Source: Bugula neritina (lineage: Eukaryota; Animalia; Bryozoa). From it: a stretch of 64,000 bases of DNA. Positions within the stretch are counted from its first letter, which is position 1. Every line of letters begins with the position of its first letter. The position numbers and the translations under genes are program-made. The notes beneath the pieces are model-generated. The model had not been told where the DNA came from, searched no databases, and was given only the letters and a program-made list of their open reading frames with translations. This document shows, piece by piece, positions 11,892 through 21,643 of the stretch. The stretch spans positions 26,180,628 through 26,244,627 of the forward strand of contig OZ037767.1 in the NCBI GenBank assembly GCA_964035545.1. Direction: 5' to 3'.

Positions 11892-13019
11892 CTAATTCTT
11901 ATAGTTAAAAATTACATCTCTTTTATCAACATACGAGTCAAAACTTGGCGGATATCCAGCCCACCTTACAAGAAATTGTTTTTTACCATTTACAGTACGC
12001 TGACCAACAATCGACTCTATTTTATAGGTGTTGCTCTTGGTGTTTACTTTCTGCAATTCCGGTTCATACCATGTTCCTTCTAGCTGATCACCGCTGTCAT
12101 CCGCGAGAGAATACACTGGAGGATTAGTAGTGTGGATTTTCGCTATGGTAAAGATTTCTTCGCTCCAAGAAGGAAGGTATCCTTTTTTAAATACTGTACT
12201 ATATTTCGATATTCTAACGAGATCTCCAACATTGTATTTTAGTTTGTTAGTTTGACCACTCTGACTATCTGTGTATAGTCTATGCCAAATTTCTTCTTGA
12301 TTGTTAACTGTCACATCATTAGGTGTTGAGTTATGAGCCGAGTGTTTCGAGTTATTGTATGATGATATTAGATCATTGAGAATGTCAAGATATCTGTGAC
12401 TGTTTTGATGAGTAAAATATTTAAACAATTTAGCCTTTAGTGTTCTTTGCAGTCTTTCAACCATAGATGCTTTAATTTCTTGATTGTTGGATGAAAAGTG
12501 GTTTATGTTATATTCTTTCATTAATGCTTTAAATTGAGGGTTAAAGAATTCTTTGCCTCTATCTGATAAAATCATTTCTGGTGGAGTGTTGTTGTTTTCG
12601 TTTTCTATAATCTCCCTCATAGCTCTACTCACTTCTAAACCAGATTTAGTTTTGAGTGGTACACCGTAGGCTTTACGACTGAATGTGTCAATGCTTAATA
12701 GTATATACTTGAATCCATTATTTTCGGATGAAAACTGTTGGAGATCTGTTAAATCAATTTGCCACATGGCATTAATACCTGATACAATATACTTTCGTCT
12801 GGGAAAGTTTTTTCGCAAAGGTTTATGTAGGTTATAGCTGTCAGTTTTTTCAAGCCATCTATCAATTGCACCCTTGCTTACTTTGCCTTTTAATGATTTG
12901 TATAATTTTGCTTTACTACCAAATCCGGCTGGTTTAGAAATATTGAAATAGGTGTCTCGAATTAGTTTATCAGTATAGCTGGAGTCTGGATTTTGCTTTT
13001 TTCGTTTTCGCCTTGCCAT
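11892..13019 (-). CDS. Retroviral-like (rve) integrase with C-terminal chromodomain
   Basis: DDE triad in WQIDLTD, SDRGKEF and ASMVER; GDLVRI..F.KGY...WS.E; chromodomain YKIESIV...FLVRWAGYPPSFDSYV. Likely start is MARRKRKK at 13019. Confidence 0.96.
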   Translation of the reverse strand: MARRKRKKQNPDSSYTDKLIRDTYFNISKPAGFGSKAKLYKSLKGKVSKGAIDRWLEKTDSYNLHKPLRKNFPRRKYIVSGINAMWQIDLTDLQQFSSENNGFKYILLSIDTFSRKAYGVPLKTKSGLEVSRAMREIIENENNNTPPEMILSDRGKEFFNPQFKALMKEYNINHFSSNNQEIKASMVERLQRTLKAKLFKYFTHQNSHRYLDILNDLISSYNNSKHSAHNSTPNDVTVNNQEEIWHRLYTDSQSGQTNKLKYNVGDLVRISKYSTVFKKGYLPSWSEEIFTIAKIHTTNPPVYSLADDSGDQLEGTWYEPELQKVNTKSNTYKIESIVGQRTVNGKKQFLVRWAGYPPSFDSYVDKRDVIFNYKN

Positions 13020-13695
13020 CGTATGGATCCCACTCGCCTGATGACAATTTACTAGACTCTCTTCTACTTTTAGATTTCTCTTCGATAACGTTTTGATTAA
13101 TGAGTAGTTTGGGTACATTGTAATCAATTAATACTTGTCTAAATTCTTTCCACCCTTCCAATGTTTTACCTTTCAGTTGACTATTAACCGCAAGATTTAA
13201 TAGATCAGATAAATTGCTTCCGCGTAGTTGGTTGCCGTTAATAGTTACCTGCCCCGCATCATTTACAGAAACTTTACCATCTTTTTTCAGTATATCCCAA
13301 AGTTGACTCGCCTTTGTTTTAAATCTTTGAGGGATAGCTAGTAGTGGGTTATAAGATGTAAGACTTTCTGTTTCTTTTAGTTGTGGTTCACTATTCTTTG
13401 ATAAAGTAGGCAACCTTGTGCTAGATATTTTCTTATAAGTAGTAGTTTTTAACTCTTGATAATTAGTCAACGCGTTGTTATAAGCAGTTACTTTCTCATT
13501 TTCTGATAGCGTGTTGTCATTTAAGATTTCACTCATTAGCTTATCTACGGCAAATAGTTCTTTAGTAATCAAAGGTTTGTTTCTCTCGACTTGTTGATAA
13601 TCATTATTTTTGCTGACATCAGCATTTACAAATGAGTTGTGTTTTAGATCCGCGGCATCCACTAATAAGAATTTTCTAGCGCTTTGCGAATTCAT
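12970..13695 (-). CDS. Conserved Polinton protein of unknown function
   Basis: 241-aa intact ORF with G.V.ING..L.GSNL.DL and GW.EF...L...NVP motifs that I recognise from ORFs next to Polinton integrases. Confidence 0.7.
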   Translation of the reverse strand: MNSQSARKFLLVDAADLKHNSFVNADVSKNNDYQQVERNKPLITKELFAVDKLMSEILNDNTLSENEKVTAYNNALTNYQELKTTTYKKISSTRLPTLSKNSEPQLKETESLTSYNPLLAIPQRFKTKASQLWDILKKDGKVSVNDAGQVTINGNQLRGSNLSDLLNLAVNSQLKGKTLEGWKEFRQVLIDYNVPKLLINQNVIEEKSKSRRESSKLSSGEWDPYDGKAKTKKAKSRLQLY

Positions 13696-14042
13696 CTTTT
13701 TCTAAAACCGCTGAATATTCCTTTCGCTAGTGGTGCTAGAACACTTCCTATTAGTGGTCCTAAAAGAGCCGAGAGAAACCCTCCTTTCTGTACCAGTGTT
13801 TTTTTAGTTTTCAGTGTACTCTTTTTATCAGCAATCTTTCTTAAAATATTTTTGTATTTACGTAAATTGTTTTCTTCAGTAGGTGACAATGACACCTTGC
13901 CTTTTAATACGTTGTAGCAAATATCTGAGAAACAGTTCAACAGTTCACTACCCGCTGCGTTGATGATTGCTTTACAGTTGTGTTTGTCACATTCAGCTAA
14001 ATAACTTAGAGTCTTGGCATGTTTTTTAATTCTAGCGGTCAT
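13692..14042 (-). CDS. Small basic protein with adenovirus pX-like C-terminus
   Basis: LVQKGG|FLSALLGPLIGSVLAPLAKGIF resembles the adenovirus pX pattern (GG cleavage site followed by a hydrophobic helix). Confidence 0.75.
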   Translation of the reverse strand: MTARIKKHAKTLSYLAECDKHNCKAIINAAGSELLNCFSDICYNVLKGKVSLSPTEENNLRKYKNILRKIADKKSTLKTKKTLVQKGGFLSALLGPLIGSVLAPLAKGIFSGFRKR

Positions 14043-14056
14043 GATTTATGTTAGCT

Positions 14057-14707
14057 TCAAGCTGCATTTCTTTGTAATGAAGTAGCGTTTCTGTTTGACA
14101 AATAGATATAGGTTTTCTCACCCGGAAATACACCTGTTCTAATGCGCAAATAGTCTTCTGTCTCTTGCCTGTAGTCTATAACCAAGTACCCAAAGGGGAC
14201 AGAAGTGGCGTCTCGAAACGCTTCAACAACAAAATTACTCTGGTTTTTAGGAAACATTTGTCTTGCCAAATAGGATATCTGGTTCACGTCTCTAGGGTTT
14301 TTAAATACAACAACATAAGAAGCGCTTCGAGACATTGTTCTCATGTGAGAGTTGTCTTGAAACAGATTCTGTGTTATAAATATTACGCTTATGTTGCGAT
14401 GGTGACTGTGCTTAGTAAATATGTTTTCAATATTCTGATCTATTTCACTCATTAAATCATCAAATATTATCAAGTTTTTTATATTTTTGTTTAATTCTTG
14501 TATATCGATAACACCTTGATGAAACTCAACGTTGTTGTATGAGCTAAACAGTGGCTGCCACTCACTATAACAATATATTATTTTTTCAGGTGGAGGTGAT
14601 ATCATTGTATGACTGTTGGTAATCAATTTCCTTACCCACTGAGTTTTACCAGCCCTTGAAGGACCAGCTACAATTGCTGAAAATGTATGGTAGAAAGGTA
14701 AGCTCAT
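14057..14707 (-). CDS. Genome packaging ATPase (A32/FtsK-HerA family)
   Basis: Walker A GPSRAGKT, Walker B LIIFDD, SHHRNISVIFITQNLF. Likely start is MSLPFYH at 14707; the track ORF extends to 14818. Confidence 0.95.
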   Translation of the reverse strand: MSLPFYHTFSAIVAGPSRAGKTQWVRKLITNSHTMISPPPEKIIYCYSEWQPLFSSYNNVEFHQGVIDIQELNKNIKNLIIFDDLMSEIDQNIENIFTKHSHHRNISVIFITQNLFQDNSHMRTMSRSASYVVVFKNPRDVNQISYLARQMFPKNQSNFVVEAFRDATSVPFGYLVIDYRQETEDYLRIRTGVFPGEKTYIYLSNRNATSLQRNAA

Positions 14708-14802
14708 GATGTTAACTGTATATTCCGAGAGTTTATTCCCAAATAATTGTATCAAGTAATGTACAAAAATATTAATAGGCATAAAAAAGTATAAATAGAT
14801 TA

Positions 14803-14852
14803 AGGCAAGTTCAGGCATGTTTAGGCATGTTTAGGCATGTTTAGGCAAGTTT
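14803..14852. promoter_or_regulatory. Five abutting p53-family half-sites (RRRCWWGYYY x5)
   Basis: AGGCAAGTTC AGGCATGTTT AGGCATGTTT AGGCATGTTT AGGCAAGTTT, each a perfect consensus match with zero spacer; a degenerate sixth follows (AGGCAAATAT). Confidence 0.7.
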
Positions 14853-14884
14853 AGGCAAATATACACAATTATATACAAAATAAA

Positions 14885-15313
14885 CTATTGTACATTGTTT
14901 TGTTTCTCGAGAGCTATTCCCAAGTTCCATTGGATCTGTTGAATAAAATATTTCACTGCGAAGTGTTCTCCAGCCTCGATATACATTTTGCAAATTTGCA
15001 CGCACAAGAAAAATATTGTTTCTAAGCGAATAGCTGAGATATTTGGATCAGTCAAATCTTTTGCCACTTTACAAAACTGAACGTAACCGTTAGTCTCGTA
15101 CATATCCTCGGCTAGTTCGACCAATTCATTTATTTCTTCCTCACTCCAATTTTGATGTTTATTGTACATGTCCAAAACGGTTTGCGTTATACAATAGTTA
15201 ACGTAATGTTGTCTACTCATTTTCGAAAGCTTGTACCATATATAATTATAAGCGTTTTTCTGTAATAGGTATAAATTTTCCATCGTAGAATATTGATTGA
15301 TGCGACCTATCAA
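14885..15313 (-). CDS. Helical 142-aa protein, candidate divergent Bcl-2-like protein
   Basis: QFCKVAKDLTDPNISAIRLETIFFLCVQICK aligns by eye to BH1 (e.g. Bax FFRVAADMFSDGNFNWGRVVALFYFASKL), with NWGR replaced by SAIR. Confidence 0.5.
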   Translation of the reverse strand: MIGRINQYSTMENLYLLQKNAYNYIWYKLSKMSRQHYVNYCITQTVLDMYNKHQNWSEEEINELVELAEDMYETNGYVQFCKVAKDLTDPNISAIRLETIFFLCVQICKMYIEAGEHFAVKYFIQQIQWNLGIALEKQNNVQ

Positions 15314-15364
15314 CCGGACAGTGAAATACCAATTAACTGAACGCGCTAACTGAACACAGTTTTT

Positions 15365-18300
15365 TTACAGTAAAGTAGGTTTGGTTGTCACGTGATCTTG
15401 TGACACAATTCTCTTTCCGTAAAAATAATTTAAAGCTTTTCGATTTTGAACGTACGTGAATATTTCTTCACCTTTTACTCGAAAACCCTTGTTCGTACCG
15501 TAAGCAATTTTCTGATTTATCAATACATCGAAGTAATCTTTTTCGGTATAGTTGTTGTGCAATTTACTGACACCTTTTGAACTGTATTTAGGTTCTTCCC
15601 CGAAACAATAGTAACATTTGGAGCAAAGCGCTACAACACCTCGGGAGACATTTTCGCAGTGAAACAACCCCAAAGATCTTTTGTGGAACTTGGCACTAGC
15701 TTTACAACAGTCTAATGGATTCCAGGTTTGCCCGTTAAACATACATTGAAAATATTGTGACTTGTGTTCATCGCAATATTCTCTACACATCCAACTAGTG
15801 TGTTCTTGTTCAAATTCATTTCTCATATCACTTTTGACCGCTAGGTACAAAGTTTTTTCACTTAGAGCTAAATACATTGAGTCAGTGTCCATTTGAATCA
15901 AAGCAAAACTGTCTAGAGATAGAAACTTTAACAAGAAATCGTAATAGAATTTCAACATGGCTAGCTTTGCATACTCTAATACTTGAAAGCCAATTTGTAC
16001 TGGTACATTGAGTCTAATCTTAGCTTTTCGTGATTCAATTTCAACTAGTTGAGAATCAATTTCTTGTAAGCTGTTAAATCTAGGATTGTTTACCAGTCTT
16101 GAGATGTTTGTCTCTTCAGCATCACAATATATGATATCAGTGTGACTCTCCAGGTTGACTAGTGTTCGGCCATACGCAGAGTTTCCTGAAATATAGCGAA
16201 GTGGATTATTTTGAAATATATTGAGTAATTATTCAATGCAAAAGTTATCGCTCTTGCTAGATGCTTAAGTGATTTGCATATTAATAACCATTGAATAAGT
16301 GCTATGTTTAAACATGTCAATATTTACTAAATACCTATTAGTTTGCATGAATCCGATATAATCTTCTTTGAGGAATCGAGGTCACCAGCTCTCCTAGCCT
16401 CCATTACCTTTTCACCAAACAGCTTGAAGCATTTTGATGGCTTGTATTGAATTACTTGATATACTTTTGTAACCACTAAGCCGTGTTGTAGGTACCATTG
16501 CAGTAGCGGGGTGGACAAAAGGATTTTGTTCCCGAAATAGCTACTGATTAAAGTACGTGATGGCTTTTTTAGTAAACCATTTCGTTCTGCAAATTGTTTC
16601 ATGTGTGGGCCTATGTCATCCCTTGATATCAGTACATTTTTTTGTATAGGTTGATATTCAGCAAATATTGTTTTCAAGTCTTCAGGTGTTTCTATATCAA
16701 CTTCAGCCATTCCAAACATTGAACCATTTTTGATTTCTTCTAGTATTTTGCTTTCTGATATTACGTATCTTGAATCAACAATGAAGTCCAGATTTGAGCA
16801 GAACTCACTGACATCACTGTTTTCCTTTTTCAAATTATCAAATTCACACTCCCAAGTATGGTAGACTCTGTAACCCAAATCTTGGAAATATTTCAGCGTA
16901 TTGTATGTGTCTATTTGATTTTGTAAATCTTTTTCTTTGTTATTAAACTTTCCATTTGGACAATAGTCGCATAGATGTCCGTGAAACCAGCATCCTGAGT
17001 AGTTGAACACTAGTTCACTACCATCACTCGCCAGAGCGTATCCATCGACTGGTATGTTTCGTCCACCTATTCGACATTCGGTGCTATTAAACTTGTGTTG
17101 AATTTTGACTCCGAGCAGCTTTGACATGTATTTTAGCCATACTGTAGCTTTTTCACCCGAATAGTAGCTTTTTTCTATTCTAAAGCTATTTTCTCTCCGC
17201 CTTCTTACAAAGGCTCCTGTGGGCATATCTTTCACTAGGCAACTCAAATATAAACTTGTCGCATCATACCCTACACATGTTTGCGTAGTTTTGGCTTGAT
17301 CACCAAAGTATTCAGGTTTAATCTTTGTTGCGCCAGCTTCTTGATACCTTGAGAACACAATTGATAAACCACCTCTAATGTTTGATTTGATAAGTTGGTG
17401 AATGTCTTTAAACTTATCACCAAACAGAAAGATTGGCGCTTCTGGGTCTTTTAATTGAAATAAATATTGAATCGCTAGTCCTGGTATAGATATAGCTGAC
17501 TTGAAATCAAGATTGCATGATTTGTAAAATTCATTTTGCTTTTCTAATGCTGGTATAAAGTGTCTGACATCTTCGTTATTGTAGTACTCTAGTAAGTCTT
17601 TTAATGTTTTCATTCCTTTCTGCACCCATATTTCTTTGCATTTTTCATACTCCTGAACGGATATGTTTTTACCTTTCAGTTTACTGTAAAACTCTTCATG
17701 AGCGGGGAACTCTGTTCTGTCTAGCACTTCCATAGATGTGAATATGTCATAAGGCCAGAAGAATTTTTCCCCTTCAACTCCCATAGCTTTTAGATAATCA
17801 GAGTACGAAAACCCTGGAGCAAGGAAATTGAGCACGTCTAGAAATCTTAATTTTTCCGTTTGAATACACATGTATTTGTTTCCTTTTTTAGCTGTAAACA
17901 AAACTTTTTGGTTTTGTTCTAATAGATACCGTAGCATATGTTGTCGAATCAATGGAATGTCATAGACAGCGCCGTTGAAAGACAAGATCATCAAGTCTTT
18001 CAAATAACAGTGGAGTTGACTTTCTAGTGATTCAAACTTTTTTTTGACATTGTTCACTGCTTTGTTATTACAACTAGCTTCAATTTCTTTCTTGATACAC
18101 TCGTCAGCTTTTTCACGTAGTTGTTTAAACACATCATTGTATCTAACAAGCAATCTCTGGTAGCATACTTCAGACAGCTTTGTAAGGAAATCCATCATTT
18201 TCACAACCAGCTCGTATTCATTTCCAGAATTCATGAAATTCACTGGTTGTGTATAGCCAGATACGTTTGAGCATAAACTTATACAAGCCAACTTGTGTTT

Positions 18301-19767
18301 GTTTTCATAGTGTATTGTATTTGTGTTTGCAGGTAAATCAATCGAAGACATCATCGTTTCGCAATCAAACACAGCAAAGTACGGATAATGTCGTCTATTT
18401 TCATCAACTGTGATGTGAACATCTTCAAGCTTTTCGAAAATAGATCGAGACGGAGTATACACCCCGTAGGGATACACAAGGTTTGTTTCACCAGCTGTAC
18501 ATACTGTGTTATGACTATTCAACGCTCTGACTGATTTCATTAGCTTGTTACAAAATGTACATTTGTATGACTTTGTGTAAAGAGAGATGTTTTTTATCCA
18601 ACTGAAATGTGATTCCTCTAGATGTAGGTTTAGTTTGTGTTTGTAATTGGTAGTGGCTCTGTACATAAGCTTTGCATTAGCTTCTTTCCCTGTATTGTAT
18701 TCCAAGGTGTACACATTAATAGAACAGTTCAGTATTCGCTCGGCAAATCTGAGGTCTGATAAAGGCACTCCTGTAAAATCTTGATTCAGTTTGTTCATAC
18801 CATTCAAGTACATTTCATAATAATGTTTCGTAGACTGTGTTAAAGTACTCTGCTGCCCCTTTGAGTAAGCTAGAGCTCTAAATAGACATAAGTTGTCTTC
18901 ATACAGTCTTCCAGTTGTATCAGTGCTAGCTGTTATAATTGCTTTGTTTTGTTTTGTTCTCTCAGATGGAGATATAGGGCATCCGATATTGTGATCTGGT
19001 ATAGGAAATACATACAATGTAATATTTGTTATTTTGTGAACACTCCACGAAGTGTTTGGCCTGTTTTGAGTTGCTTTCTCTATGAAATCTTTTTCTGTCA
19101 TTTCTTTCACAAGTTGATTGAAATCTTGTAAATTCTCTATTAGCTTTGGCGAGGCAAAAAGTTTATCAACACCCATGCTAGCATGAAAGTATCTCAACTT
19201 TTCCTCATTTTGATTCAAAAGGATAAAACCAATTGAAGCATTGCATTTGAATTTCAATGTTTGTTCATGAAATATTAATTTCACTTCTTTATTGTTTAAA
19301 GTTGAAATAATGTCATTGTCTTTTATCAATCGATTGTAGACACTACAATATTTCCCTTTTCTGTTGTACGTTCTTATAGCTGACCAGTTTTTTCTCAATA
19401 GAGCATTTGTTTCCTCTTCGTAAATGCCTTTGTACTGATAGCGTTCAATATCATCACTGAATGTGGTTTGAGGCTTTTTGTTTGACCTTCTCTCTGCTCC
19501 GTTTGAGTTTGTATTCTAAAATTTACCAAGATTACCATTGATTAGTTAGCTTTGAGTTTGTTGTAATAGTATATGTAGTATGATCATATTCATATCGTAT
19601 CGTATCACTCAGTAGATAAATTACCGTGTTATGACATCGGTGATTTGTTTTCCACGGTGCATACAACCGTTTACATTGATCACATCTTTTTTTGTGGATA
19701 CTTTGGTGCCTGCTCAAACTTTGCCTGTGGTTATAACTTTTTCCACATATGTGGCACTTGAATTTCT
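15365..19767 (-). CDS. pPolB: Protein-primed family B DNA polymerase, spliced (exons 19767-19625, 19515-16335, 16185-15365; first ATG exon unresolved)
   Basis: ExoI VFDCET, ExoII FNGAVYD, ExoIII YNNEDV, motif A YDATSLY, motif B KLIG|NSAYG restored by splicing, motif C MDTDS. All joins are GT-AG and phase-consistent. Confidence 0.93.
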
Positions 19768-19974
19768 CTAAAACATTGAAGTATAAATTATTCTTTTAAC
19801 CACCTTGATAGAGATGCAAGGATCAAAGAAAATTACTTCAAATAGAGATATTGTTTATTAATATGTAAATAGATACACTCATAAATGTATATACTTGACA
19901 TATAGTGGCATTATCAGATAGAATTGTCAGGTTTACTACACTCTTCATCAGAGCCAGAAGAACAGTGTTTTAAA

Positions 19975-21530
19975 CTTTTTCATCGAGTATATATTAAGAT
20001 ATATTGAAATAAATTGAAATAGATTGAAGTATATAGATATTGTATATTAACAACTCGCTTTTATACATTTTGTGTTTAATAGTGGCAGAGATAGTATTGA
20101 ATTTCTTTTCATCGAGTATATATTGAGATAGATTGAAGTATATAGATATTGTATATTAACAACTCGCTTTTATACATTTTGTGTATAATAGTGGCAGAGA
20201 TAGTATTGAGTTTCTTTTCATCGAGTATATATTGAAATAGATTGAAGTATATAGATATTGTATATTAACAACTCGCTTTTATACATTTTGTGTTTAATAG
20301 TGGCAGAGATAGTATTGAGTTTCTTTTCATCGAGTATATATTGAAATAGATTGAAGTATATAGATATTGTATATTAACAACTCGCTTTTATACATTTTGT
20401 GTTTAATAGTGGCAGAGATAGTATTGAATTTCTTTTCATCGAGTATATATTGAGATAGATTGTAATATATAGATGTTGTATATTAACAACTCGCTTTTAT
20501 ACATTTTGGGTTTAATAGTGGCAGAGATAGTATTGAATTTCTTTTCATCGAGTATATATTGAGATAGATTGAAGTATATAGATATTGTATATTAACAACT
20601 CGCTTTTATACATTTTGGGTTTAATAGTGGCAGAGATAGTATTGAATTTCTTTTCATTGAGTATATATTGAGATAGATTGAAGTATATAGATATTGTATA
20701 TTAACAACTCGCTTTTATACATTTTGGGTTTAATAGTGGCAGAGATAGTATTGAATTTCTTTTCATCGAGTATATATTGAGATAGATTGAAGTATATAGA
20801 TATTGTATATTAACAACTCGCTTTTATACATTTTGGGTTTAATAGTGGCAGAGATATAGTATTGAGTTTCTTTTCATTGAGTATATATTGAGATAGATTG
20901 AAGTATATAGATATTGTATATTAACAACTCGCTTTTATACATTTTGGGTTTAATAGTGGCAGAGATAGTATTGAATTTCTTTTCATTGAGTATATATTGA
21001 GATAGATTGTAATATATAGATGTTGTATATTAACAACTCGCTTTTATACATTCAATAGTAGCAGTGCTAGTATTGAATTTCTTTTCATTGAGTATATATT
21101 GAGATAGATTGTAATATATAGATGTTGTATATTAACTCGTTTTTATACATTCAATAGTAGCGGTGCTAGTATTGAATTTCTTTTCACTGAGTATATATTG
21201 AGATAGATTGTAATATATAGATGTTGTATATTAACAACTCGCTTTTATACATTCAATAGTAGCAGTGCTAGTATTGAATTTCTTTTCATTGAGTATATAT
21301 TGAGATAGATTGTAATATATAGATGTTGTATATTAACAACTCGCTTTTATACATTTTGTGTTTAATAGTGGCAGAGATAGTATTGAATTTTTTTTCATTG
21401 AGTATATATTGAGATAGATTGTAATATATAGATGTTGTGTATTAACAACTCGCTTTTATACATTTTGTGTTTAATAGTGGCAGAGATAGTATTGAATTTC
21501 TTTTTACTGATTATATATTGAGATATATTG
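19975..21530. repeat. Tandem array of ~14 copies of a 109-bp unit (some 99-102 bp variants) inside the Polinton
   Basis: Unit starts at ~19981, 20110, 20219, 20328, 20437, 20546, 20655, 20764, 20875, 20984, 21086, 21185, 21287, 21396 and 21505 (partial). Confidence 0.95.
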
Positions 21531-21643
21531 TAACAATATTTTAAACAATAATACGCATAAAAGTATTCCATTCACCAACATAAAATATTTCCCCATCACC
21601 AAAAAATACAACATATTTATATTAGAGAATCAGTGTCAGTCCG

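Noticed and set aside
14708-14818. 37-aa hydrophobic N-terminal extension of the ATPase
   Set aside because: Its ATG lies within the 10-bp repeat array and ATPase similarity begins at MSLPFYH; probably non-coding.
15365-19398. pPolB as a split pseudogene
   Set aside because: A GT-AG intron at 16186-16334 restores the frame and motif B exactly.
19975-21530. CRISPR-like array
   Set aside because: Units repeat along their whole length with no unique spacers, the context is eukaryotic, and there are no cas genes.
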